A stretch of DNA of 64,000 nucleotides, taken from contig NW_027191409.1 in the NCBI RefSeq assembly GCF_041146345.1, positions 682,001-746,000 on the forward strand. Reading direction: 5' to 3'. The notes below the pieces were generated by a model. It worked only from the letters and a program-made list of their open reading frames with translations. It did not search any database and was not told where the DNA came from. Source of the DNA: Neodothiora populina. Its lineage: Eukaryota. Position numbers and translations under genes: made by a program. Numbering within the stretch: the first letter of the stretch is position 1; each line of letters starts with the position of its first letter. Shown piece after piece: positions 38,761 to 49,821 of the stretch.

Positions 38761-40006
38761 GAATTTCAGGAAACCTGGTCCCCCCGTTCCCTGGTTCGTT
38801 CTCGGGTTTTCCGCTCAATTGGCGGTGAAGCAGTTTTTCCTTTCGATCCTGTTTACACGCAAGGGCGCGAAGCTTATAGTGCACTGCGCACAGTAAGTTC
38901 TGTTGTCGTTCTTGTAGGGCGGCTAGAAGATGGAAAGAACCGTTGGAGGTATTGTAGCTTCTGTGCCGCTTGTTCTCTGGATCAATTAAAAGGTCGAAAT
39001 GCTCGATTTGGTGAGTGAGACCGTGAGCCTCCTTTCTTCCAATTGCCTTCCGACTTGTTGTGTCTTAGCAGAACAGCGAGACCAAACGTCCAGATCCACT
39101 GTCGTCGTGCGTGGGATAGATATATCCAGAAAAGGAATACGACACGTTCTTCCAAAAGTGTATCAAGTAAGCTACAAGAGTGAAAATGAACAAAAAGAAT
39201 CAAAGACCTAGACCAAATATCCACGTAAAGGTATGTAAGTATTGATAGACAGATAGACAGATGAGACAGGCAGACAGATGAAACACTCAGTCCGACACGG
39301 TCAGTCGCAGATAGCTAAGGTAGGTAGGTACTGTGATTTATCCCTCTCTTTCTCTTTCCTCTCTCTGTCTCGGTCTCGGTCTCAGCCTCTTTTTTCCCCC
39401 CCTTGATTCTTTCTCCTCACTCCCGGCCAGCCAGGGAGCCAGCCCCACCAGCGGAACCCTGGCTGCTTTCTCCTCCTCTCTTCTTCTGCTACTTTGGGAA
39501 ATCTGGCGTTTCAGAGTGTTTGTTTCCCTCCGCCGACGCGACGACGATGCAGGGAAGAGAGGCGCCGCAGGGTCAGGGCAATCTATGACTCGGCAGGCTC
39601 GGAGGCTGTGAGTCATGTGAATAGTACTGTGGATTGGCGGATGCTGTAGGGCGACCCTGGTTGCTTGGTTGGCTCCTCATACTATTTCCTTGTATCGAGG
39701 TCGTGAGTGATCATATCTAGTCAGGTAGGATGCAGGATAGGGACAAGCAATATGTATAGGTATGCCGACATCGTAGTACTTGGTCACGACTACTCCACCT
39801 AGATACATTCACAGGGTACCACAACTCAAGAGCAGCAGATGAGTCAAGTGGGTCGTAATTGTATGCTATGGCAAACGGCAGACTGGGTATCTTTGCGAAA
39901 GACAAGGGAAAGAAAAAGGAAAAGCAAGAGAAACGACAGGCGCACTGCTCTACATCCTGTGTATATCCTGACAACACAGTCTACTTAATTCAGGTTTCTA
40001 CTCGGC

Positions 40007-42179
40007 TCATCCCATGATGCTTCTCCTTCGCGTGCGCTCGCTCAACCTGCCTCGGGCAATCTCCACGGCATCTGGCGGGCCTCTTCGTTCTTCTGCGTTG
40101 AGAAGCTGCATCTGCACCCTGCTTGTTCGTCGTCTGGCGTTGTCGCGGCTGGAAGGTCCGAGTGTTGTCGAGTGTCGCCGGCCGGAGGTCTTCCGGGTTA
40201 CGGTTTCGACGGCGACTGCCTCGTCTGCAAGCGAATCACTGAAGTCGTATAGTGCCATCTCCTGCATCTTTCTGGCTGCTTCATCAACCTTATTGGTTTC
40301 TTGCTGTGTCTCTTCGACTCGCTGTACATCAGCACTTGATGCCATAGCCACATCGAGGACAGATTGATCCGCCGCAGAAGAAGCAGTGTCATCATCCGCC
40401 TCCTGCTTCCTTCGTCCCTTCTCCCCCAACGGACTGCCTGGTTCGTGTAGATCCATATTGTCGCTGGAGGGAATTGCTTTCCAGGCCGAATTTCCACCCT
40501 CTTCCTGCTTGATGATCACTGTTCTGCCCCCAGTCTTCCTTTCTGATTCAGCAACTGCGCTGATCGAGCGCCCTGCATCGAACGCTACAGCGTCAGCCAG
40601 ATTCTTGTCTGGTCGCCTCATTTTGCTGATCAAATTCGGCTCTGCATAGTTGACAGATGCTCTAGCTCGTCGCGAAGGCCTGGCTGATGCGCTCACGTCC
40701 GCAGATGTTGACCTTGATCCTGGGTTGAATGCAGAGGGCGGCGGGGTGTCTCGACCTTCTGGTCTCGCCGTCGATGACTCGGAGGGCGTAGGAGAAAATA
40801 TTGCTGGGGCTGGAGTCTTAGGTGGCATCGTTGAAACATTCTCAGGCTCAGGTGGAGGTAATTCTATCGTCTGTGTGATAGGTTCCGAGAATTGTGGCGG
40901 CTTCACACTTGCGATCTTTGGCTTCCTCTCGCGCTTCGGGGCCTTGCCAGGCTCCCTGGAACCCTTCCCTGGCTTACAGAGATCATCGGCTGTGTCTTGA
41001 GCCTTGTTGCTCTTCTGAGGAGACATATTGACACTTTCTAGGATCACAGTCAGTATTGAAGATACAATTCAGACATCACAGCGACACTTACTGTCCCCCA
41101 AAACCTTTCTCTCCACTTTCGGTGGTGGCAAGATTGGCGTCGACTCCTCGACAGGCTCCTTTTGAGGCTCAGTCATTTGCAGCTGTGATTCCTGATCTTT
41201 CTTAAGATAGTCACCACCGATAGACGATCTCCTGCTGAACACGAAATCGTCCCTGGCGCTGTTTTGTAATTGTTCTTCAGCGTCGACTGTGACTAGTTTC
41301 CTCTTTGCACCATGCTTCTGAGATGGCTTCTCGTCGTCGGCTTCGAGATCCAGTGGGTTCAGCATCGAGCTGCGTCTAGTGTCTTTTCTCCTACGTCTGG
41401 TCTCGAGATTGACAGATAAGCATGGCGGCAGACTGTCGTTGTCGGTGGCGTTATCACTACTTTCCGCACTGATGGGAGGCTGTGGGTCGAATTTGATGGG
41501 ATCTTCGCAGTCGAAATGAGCGATGGGAGGGGGACCCAAGTCTGGAGATTCGTTGGAGTGGTTGGAAAGTCTAGGTAGCCAGGTTCCACCAGGAGACATG
41601 TTTTCTTCCGGCACTATGGACATTCTTTGACACTGGCCCGACAAGCCGGCCATGGGATATTCGGGGCGCCATGATTCAGGATTTGTCTCTCTCTTTCCAG
41701 CGCCACCGGAGGCGTCGCGTGTAGGCTGCAAGATACCAAGCTCGGAAACAAGGTCGCTTAGGTCACGGAGTTTGGATTCTAGACGGTCTTTGACCGAGAT
41801 GAGGCTGTCTGAGCTGATTTGCGACTGTGCAGACGACAAGCCTGCCTGCAGATGGGCGATTTCCTCCCGGAGACCAAGATTCTCGCCCTGCAACTTGGAG
41901 ACTTCGGCTTCCAGAGTACGGATGCGCAGAGACTGGTTCGAATTGATTCTGGGGGGAGGTGGGTCAGCAGGTGTTGGGCGGACTGCAGGAATTTATGAGA
42001 AAGAGCTTACTTGGCCAGCTCGCGATTTTGTCGAATGAATCGTCGCCTTACTGCATGGAAAATCAGTCTTGCTATACTATGGGCATAGTGGAACCATGGA
42101 ATAGTGATTCGGTGGCTGTATATTACTCACAGACATCGACACTTTCCGTGGGCAGAGGAGCTTCATTGAGTCGCGCCAT
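40007..42179 (-). CDS. SGO1: Shugoshin
   Basis: Exons 42179-42131, 42050-42011, 41948-41092, 41037-40007. N-terminal coiled coil MARLNE...LRRRFIRQNRELAKINSNQSLRIRTLE; C-terminal basic SGO motif RPSRRARASVNYAEPNLISKMRRP. Confidence 0.94.
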
Positions 42180-42336
42180 GTGACCGGATAAATTCCAGCG
42201 AGAGTCATAAAAGACGCTACAAAGCGTCAGGAGACACCACTTCTGGTTTCGATTACTTGCGCGATACGTAGATGCGCTACTAGCGGTGGTATTAGTATAT
42301 TGGTGGATATCAGTGCGTGCACGCAGGCGAAAAGGA

Positions 42337-42340
42337 TGCT

Positions 42341-42371
<31 letters not shown>
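42337..42371. repeat. Compound (TGC)n(TGA)n microsatellite in the SGO1-DAD2 intergenic region
   Basis: Read directly. Confidence 0.9.
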
Positions 42372-42372
<1 letters not shown>

Positions 42373-42453
42373 AAACACAACACTGCCCAAAACAAACACT
42401 CAGCACCGACACGGCAACGGCGCGCTTGGCGTTTGTTGCCCGCCGCGGCTTGC

Positions 42454-42459
42454 ACGCGT
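42454..42459. promoter_or_regulatory. MCB-like element ACGCGT in the divergent SGO1/DAD2 promoter
   Basis: Exact ACGCGT hexamer among several CGCG cores in a 418-bp head-to-head interval; a single 6-mer is weak evidence. Confidence 0.35.
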
Positions 42460-42597
42460 GGGATGCGTCAAGCAAGACACTTTGTTGTATCTGAAGATAT
42501 CTCATGGATGATTCCTACAGCCACATCACACTCGTCGTCTAATACCACTGCATAGGCAAGATAACAATAAAGAAAAGGACCAGTGAACGCGCGCAAC

Positions 42598-43218
42598 ATG
42601 TCATACCGCCCGTCGGGCCTGCCTTCGCATCTCCGCCATCACTCCCTGCCCGCGTCATCGTCATCGTCAAATCCGCAGTCATCGGCTCTCCAACAACGCA
42701 TCAATGAGAAAAGAGCGGAGCTAGACAATCTCCAACGATTGCGAGATCTGAGTGCCGGGCTCGCAGGTCAGATGGAGCAGCTCGAGACCAAATTGAGCTC
42801 ACTTTCGGATGGCACAGAAGGTGATTTTATTTTCTATTGGTCTCATCTATCTGATCGAGTTGGATGCTGACATTGTGACTGCTAGCTGTCGCTGCCGTCT
42901 TGTCTAATTGGCACACTGTCCTCAGAGCCATCCACATGGCCTCTGGTATGTTCTGCATTCGTTTTTTTCGTCAATTCGTGTCTACCGTGGCTATTGCCAA
43001 TCGTCTATCGTCCAAGTATCTGCTCTCGAACATGCAGTCGCAGTGTTGATCGTCCTTCCGTTCTAGCAAGCATGCCACAACCGCCGGCCGAGCGAGACCC
43101 AGAGCAAAATGCAGATACGCCTGCTCTACCACAGACGCTCGTCCGGATTCCATTACAAGATGTGCGATCTGAACGACAAGCTGCCCAGTCCGACAGCGAG
43201 GCATCCGGGGTGAGGTGA
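42598..43218 (+). CDS. DAD2: DASH/Dam1 complex subunit Dad2
   Basis: Exons 42598-42820, 42886-42945, 43067-43218. RINEKRAELDNL...LSDGTEAVAAVLSNWHTVLRAIHMAS...LPQTLVRIP. Confidence 0.93.
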
Positions 43219-43472
43219 AAGGACATGATCTGTCACCAAGTCTTTTACATTGAGGAGGAATGATACTCTCATGGTATCAATGGCTATCGTGGCCTCGAAG
43301 AGCACGCCAGCTCCGCTCGCCTGGACTTCGGACTGGTTAGATTTACGGAGTCGATCTAGACGTAGCGTTGAGGAGTCTCTGGTGGGTTCCTTGGGCGACC
43401 ACAGGGCACTGGAAGGGGGAGATGGACAGAGAAACCAGGGTACCAAAGTATGTTGGAGATCAGAAGAGTGCG

Positions 43473-44092
43473 TCACTTGGAGGGCTTGGGGGTTTTCCTC
43501 TTTGGCACACGCTCGTAGGCATTGGGGCTTCTCCTGCGCTCTCGCTGCTTCCCCTCCCTGTTGGAACGCGGCTGTCCGTGGCTGGGGTCATGGTCGTGGT
43601 CGTGATCGTGGTTGCATTCTTCTCCTCCATCGCCGTCATCGTGTCGATGGTTGTGCTGGCGGCGCGAGCGGTGATTCGTGGGTCGCGCCCTGCTAGTGTC
43701 GGGCTCGCTGTCCGAATCCGAGGAAGAGTCCGATGAATCGGAGGAGTCTGACGAGGACTCGCCAGCCTCACGAGGCTTGTGGTAGATGCAGCAGACTAGC
43801 ACACGACATGAGTATAGATTAGACAAGACGGGTTTGACGTGTAGCATTCACCTTTGGAACTCTTCTTGCCCATGCCTTCGTTGTCGATGACGTCTTCGGC
43901 CCATTGTATGCGGCGTCGCTCGGTGGGTTCGGGTGTCGCAGGCTCGGCATCGGAGGCAGCTCTCAGACGCAGAGTGCCCGAGGGCAAGTGGAAAGGAACG
44001 GATGGGCCTGTCTGAGCGGTGGTGAGGGTCATGCTGCCGTTGCTGGCATTCGGGGCCGCAGCATGATGTATGGTTCGTGGAGCGGGCGGCAT
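43473..44092 (-). CDS. YPI1: Type 1 protein phosphatase regulator Ypi1 (inhibitor-3/PPP1R11)
   Basis: Exons 44092-43852 and 43795-43473. RVxW-type motif [29 protein letters not shown], Ser/Asp tract, PNAYERVPK. Confidence 0.94.
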
Positions 44093-45349
44093 CGTTGGTT
44101 GATTTGCAGGTCGATCAGTGCAGATGGCGGTGCCCAGAGTGGAGGATTTGTGACTGGATAATTAATGTGATGTGTAATGTCGAGCGCGGGGGTTCGGCTG
44201 CATCAAACAAATCAAAGATCGGTCCTTTGTCTTATTTATCAAGGTATGTATGCACTTTGTATTCACGGGAAGCCAGCGAGTGGTTGACCAGGGGAAGTGG
44301 GATGGATAATTTGGTAGGCAAGTAAGGTGGAGTGTGAACTTGAGAGGCATGTACAGTGCTGTATCATTATGCAGTAAGCTAGCTACCTATGCTGGAAGGA
44401 TATATGGATTCATGCTAAAACAGGACTCTTGGCCATGGTTATCATCTTTCAATCATAGTTATCGTCTCTTAATACCACGGCACCAAGGTGAGGCAAACGG
44501 CAAAGGCGACGGCGACGGCGATAACAAGGCACTCGGCACAACATGAGGCAGCGAGGTGGACATTTCCTGCTGCTGCTTACTTAAGAATGGATCCTTCCAC
44601 AACGAAGAACAGCAGAGATGGAGGGGGAAAAGACGTGCACGGACCACGAGGTGTACCGAGGGGAAGGGTGTTGCAGGTCGCTCTTGCTAGATCCGACGCT
44701 GTTGGCGGCTGCTCCTGCTGCTTTGGCTGCTGCTGTCGTCGTTACTGTTGGCTGCTGCTGCTGCTTTCGTTCACTGATACTCTCTTCTCTTGCCTTCCAA
44801 GTGTGATAACACTCCGACTCTGACCTCACCTGCCCCGAACTTCGACTTCTTGCTTCGGCACGCGCATCTCGTGCACAAGCAGAAATACAGTAACCACGAG
44901 AACAGAGATACCCGGTCATACCACTTGGCCACCTGTGGAAGAGCCGCCTCGTCTTTACAAGGTCCCGCCATATTAAATCAAAGCTTTCGACGCGTTACCA
45001 GCTCCACGGCGCTCTCTGATTCAATCCACATCCATATCCACATCCACACAACCCTGTTGCGTCGCTTCGCCCCCACTTGCCCTGCCGCACTCGGATCAGA
45101 ATACATCCGACAGTCAGGATTCAAGCAAGAAAAAACACATCGTTCTCCCGTCGTTGCCTTGAGACACAGAGAGAGCAAGACTCTTTAGCAGCCCCCCGTC
45201 TACCACATCCTACTCTCTCTTCTCTGCTGTACGCAGCTGCATGAGAGAGGTCCTTGCACGCTCCAACGGTCGACGCGCCGCTCTCGCTCCAGTAAATCGT
45301 CGACTCGCCGTCGTCGAAGCAGCCCAAACACACTCACACTAACGTCAAC

Positions 45350-48300
45350 ATGGCCACCGTTTCCATGGAGGAGCTCGACGCCATGGTGCGCGCCTTCTAC
45401 GAAGGCAGAGGTGAACCACAGAAGCAGGCACAGGCCGCGCTGAACCAGGTTCGTCACCATCCCAGACCACTTCCCAAGCAAGAAGAGGAGCGGTGAAGAC
45501 ATTTTCAGGAGGCACCAAAGGATGGACGACAGACTGACGCTGTCTACAGTTCAAAGAGAACCCCGATGCATGGCTCATGGTGGACAAGATCCTGCAAGAT
45601 GCTCAGTACCCTCAGACCAAATGTGAGTTGCCGTGTCATGTCCCAGCCTTTAGCGACCATGTTCGGTCCTCCTCCGTGACCTACTTCAGTCTGACTAATT
45701 TCTCTTCTTCTGTCACAGACCTCGGGCTCCAAGTCCTCGACAATGTCATCATGACGCGGTGGAAGGTACTGCCCCGCGGCCAGTGTCTAGGTAGGCTAAA
45801 GCTCTCGTCGACTTCGAAAGCCACCGTGCAAGTCTTGCTGACTACCTCAAGGCATCCGAAACTTCATTGTCAACTTCATCATCCAGATGTCCAGCTCGGA
45901 AGAGAACCTGCGCAAGGAGCGCGCCCTTCTGAACAAACTCAACCTCACCCTTGTCTCCATCTTGAAGCAGGAGTGGCCACACAACTGGCCGACGTTCATC
46001 AACGAGATCATCTCTGCTTGTCACAGCAGTCTACCCATCTGCGAGAACAACATGGTCATCCTTCGCCTGCTCTCCGAAGAGGTTTTCGACTTTTCTGCCG
46101 AACAGATGACGTCGACAAAGACCCGCCAGTTGAAGCAGAGCATGTGTGACGAGTTCACATCCATCTACAACCTCTGCTCCGAGATTCTGCGCACCGCCGA
46201 CCAGCCCTCGTTGATCAAGGCCACCCTTGAGACTCTGTTGCGCTTCCTCAACTGGATCCCCCTCGGCTACATCTTCGAGACGCCCCCGACCGGTGTCAGT
46301 CTGCTCGAGACTCTGCGCAGCAGGTTCCTCGAGGTGCCCGAGTTCCGTAACATCACCCTCAAGTGTCTGACCGAGGTGGGTAGCTTGCAGACCGAGCAGC
46401 AGTACAACGAGAAACTCATCGCAATGTTTACCGACACTCTGACGACCATCTCGAACATCATTCCTCTCTCCATGGATCTCAAGAACACATATAATTCAAG
46501 CAACAGCAGGGACCAGGAGTTCATCCAGAACCTCGCGCTTTTCCTTTGCAACTTCTTCTCCAACCATCTACCTGTCATCGAGAACCTCCCCAACCGAGAC
46601 TTCCTCCTCCACGGCCATTTCTACCTCATCCGTATCAGTCAGATCGACGACCGCGAGATCTTCAAGATTTGTCTCGAGTACTGGACCAAGCTGGTCTGCG
46701 AACTCTACGATGAGATGCAACAGCTGCCCATCACAGACCTGAACCCTCTTGTCAGCATGAACATGAGCGGCCTTGCCAACGGAGGCGCCCCGCACCCCAC
46801 AGTCCTGGCCAACTACCCGTTGCGCAAGCACAAATACGCCGAGGTCCTGACCAACCTGCGTCAAGTGATGATTGAGAAGATGGTTCGTCCCGAGGAGGTG
46901 TTGATCGTGGAGAACGACGAGGGAGAGATTGTGCGCGAGTTTGTCAAGGAGAGCGACACCATTCAGCTTTATAAGACGACGAGGGAGTGTCTGGTTTTCC
47001 TTACCCATCTGGACGTTGTCGACACCGAGCAGATCATGTCTGAGAAGCTGGCACGCCAAGTCGACAACAGTGAGTGGTCCTGGGCGAACTGCAACACCCT
47101 CTGCTGGGCGATCGGATCCATCTCTGGCGCCATGAACGAGGAGACCGAGAAGCGCTTCCTGGTCACAGTCATCAAGGATCTCTTAGGCCTCACCGAGCAG
47201 AAGCGTGGCAAGGACAACAAGGCCGTTGTCGCCAGTAACATCATGTACATTGTCGGACAATACCCGCGATTCCTCAAGGCTCACTGGAAATTCCTTAAGA
47301 CGGTCGTCAACAAGCTATTCGAGTTCATGCACGAGACCCACGAGGGTGTCCAGGACATGGCTTGCGATACTTTCATCAAGATCGCCAACAAGTGCAAACG
47401 CCACTTTGTTCTCACGCAGCCTGGTGAGGCAGAACCCTTCATCGATGAGATTGTGCGTAACATGCGCAAGATCACTTGCGATTTGTCCCCTCAGCAGGTC
47501 CACACTTTCTACGAGGCTTGCGGCTACATGATCAGCGCACAGGGACAGAAGACGACACAGGAACGCCTGATCGCCGAGCTCATGGCACTGCCCAACGCCG
47601 CCTGGGACCAGATCATCCAGTCCGCACACCAAGACCCGAACATCCTCCAGGACGCCGAGACCATCAAGGTCGTCGGAAACATCATGAAGACCAACGTCTC
47701 GGCCTGTTCATCTATCGGAAGCTACTTCTACCCGCAGATTGGCAAGATCTATCTCGACATGCTTACAATGTACAGAGCAAGCAGCAACCTAATCAACGAA
47801 GCGGTGCAACGGGAGGGTGAGTTTGCTATCGATGCGATCGTGTCTTTTGTGAATCTTTTCAGTCCACTGACGACAAGCCAGGTAATGTCGCTACCAAGAT
47901 GCCCAGAGTCCGTGGCCTGAGAACGATCAAGAAGGAAATCCTCAAGCTCATCATCATCTACGTGGAGAAGGCGGATGATCACGACATGATCCATGAGCGT
48001 CTGGTGCCTGGTCTTTTGGAAGCTGTTCTGCTCGACTACCGCAACAACGTGCCCGACGCACGCGAGCCCGAGGTCCTGAACTTGATGACCAGCATCATCA
48101 AGAAACTCCAAGTACGTTGGACACCTGCCCGTAGTAGATATACGGTCGGGTCACCTCGCCGTTTTTTGTGCTTCAGAGCTAACACACTAGCAGGGTCAAA
48201 TGACTGCTCAAGTACCTGCCATCTTGGACGCCGTCTTCGAATGCACCCTCGACATGATCAACAAGGATTTCTCAGATTACCCCGAACACAGAGTCGAGTT

Positions 48301-49046
48301 CTTCAAGTTGCTGCGTGAGATCAACTTGCGCTGCTTCCCCGCTCTCCTGCAACTCGATCAGCGCCAATTCAAGTTCGTCATCGATTCTTGCATGTGGGCT
48401 AGTAAACACGACAACCGCCTGGTCGAGGGCGAGGGCCTTAACATGTGCCTGGAGCTCATCTCCAATATGGCCGAGCAGGATCCGGAAACGAGCGCCGCTT
48501 TCTTCCAGAACTTTTACTGCACAATCCTGCAGGATGTTTTCTTCGTCCTCACCGATTCTGACCACAAGGCCGGCTTCAAGTACCAGTCGATGCTGCTAGC
48601 GCGCATGTTCTGGCTGGTCGGTGCCGACAAGCTTCCGGGACCCATCTACACTCCAGACATGGCCGCTGCCGGAACATCGAACAGGGATTTCCTTATCCAA
48701 TTCGTCGGCAACCTGCTCACCAACGCTTTCCCCAATCTGACGCCGTAAGTGACAGACCAACTTCTTTGTGATGGTATTTCACACATGACTGACAATTGGA
48801 AACAGGGCACAAATCGAGAAATTCATCGTAGATCTCTTTTCGCAAGCTGACGACCTCAATCGCTTCAAGCTCACGCTTCGCGATTTCCTCATCCAGCTCA
48901 AGGAGTTTGCCGGCGACAATACCGATTTGTTCACCGAGGACCGGGAGAGGGCAGCGCAATTGCTCAAGGAGCAAGAGCGTGAGCGTGCTTCCAAGGTTGG
49001 CGGTCTGCTCAAGCCTAGCGAGATCATCGACGACGACGAGCTTTGA
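45350..49046 (+). CDS. CRM1: Exportin-1 (Crm1)
   Basis: Seven exons 45350-45448, 45550-45622, 45719-45790, 45852-47816, 47882-48111, 48194-48744, 48806-49046. Motifs [64 protein letters not shown]. Confidence 0.98.
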
Positions 49047-49095
49047 CAAGATAGCGAGCTTGGTGCAAGGACAGCATACGACCCCCGAGCGCCTG

Positions 49096-49122
49096 CAGCA
49101 GCAGCAGCAGCAGCAGCAGCAG
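49096..49122. repeat. (CAG)9 microsatellite in the CRM1 3' flank
   Basis: Read directly. Confidence 0.95.
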
Positions 49123-49821
49123 AGGTGTCGGTGGGCGCACAGGAGGACGCGGATGGAGACGGCCTAGAGGGGTGGAATCTCTACGGTCTCTGAGATTGAC
49201 ACTACGAGCCATCACACACAGAGTATACACACACATACCAAAGGGCACAAGACGTGGCCGAAACAGGTGGGACATTTGCGCGTCTATACCCCGGTATCGA
49301 ACTGCCTTCTCCGGCGCTCAAGGCGAAAGGTGACAGGCGGGGGCAAGGTTGGATGACCGGGAATGGCAGGCCTCGCCGTTTGACTTTTGTATATGATGAT
49401 CAAGGTAGGTGGCAAGGCGACATGGACTCTGCCGCCGCCGTGCGTTACGATGAGCTAGTAGATATACAATGGACGGACGCCAAAAAAAGGAACTAACATT
49501 GCTGAATGACAATACCTACTTGGTCAAGTGCAGGATAGGCGGCTCGCTCTTGTATTCGTCTTATTCCTGGTGACTGTCAACGTATTGTGAATGACCTGGT
49601 TCGTAGATGAGACAAGATTAGATAAGATGCGGAGGGATCTCCACGATCGACACTCGGAGTTTATCGGGGTTATGGCGTGTGGCGGCAAGGGTTGGTATTA
49701 GGAACTTTGATCTTCTTCCTCTCTTGTGAATCATCAGTAGTCAAGCCATCATCTAACGATCACGCGATAGGCACGAGAAAAGCTTCCAGGATCTGCCGAC
49801 CGGAGGAGGCAGGACTCGAGA

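Noticed and set aside
42946..43066. DAD2 intron 2 as a possible nested (stwintron) intron: G|GTATGT..CCAAG|TATCTG
   Set aside because: No good internal branch site, and two-step removal would shift the frame away from the conserved LPQTLVRIP end.
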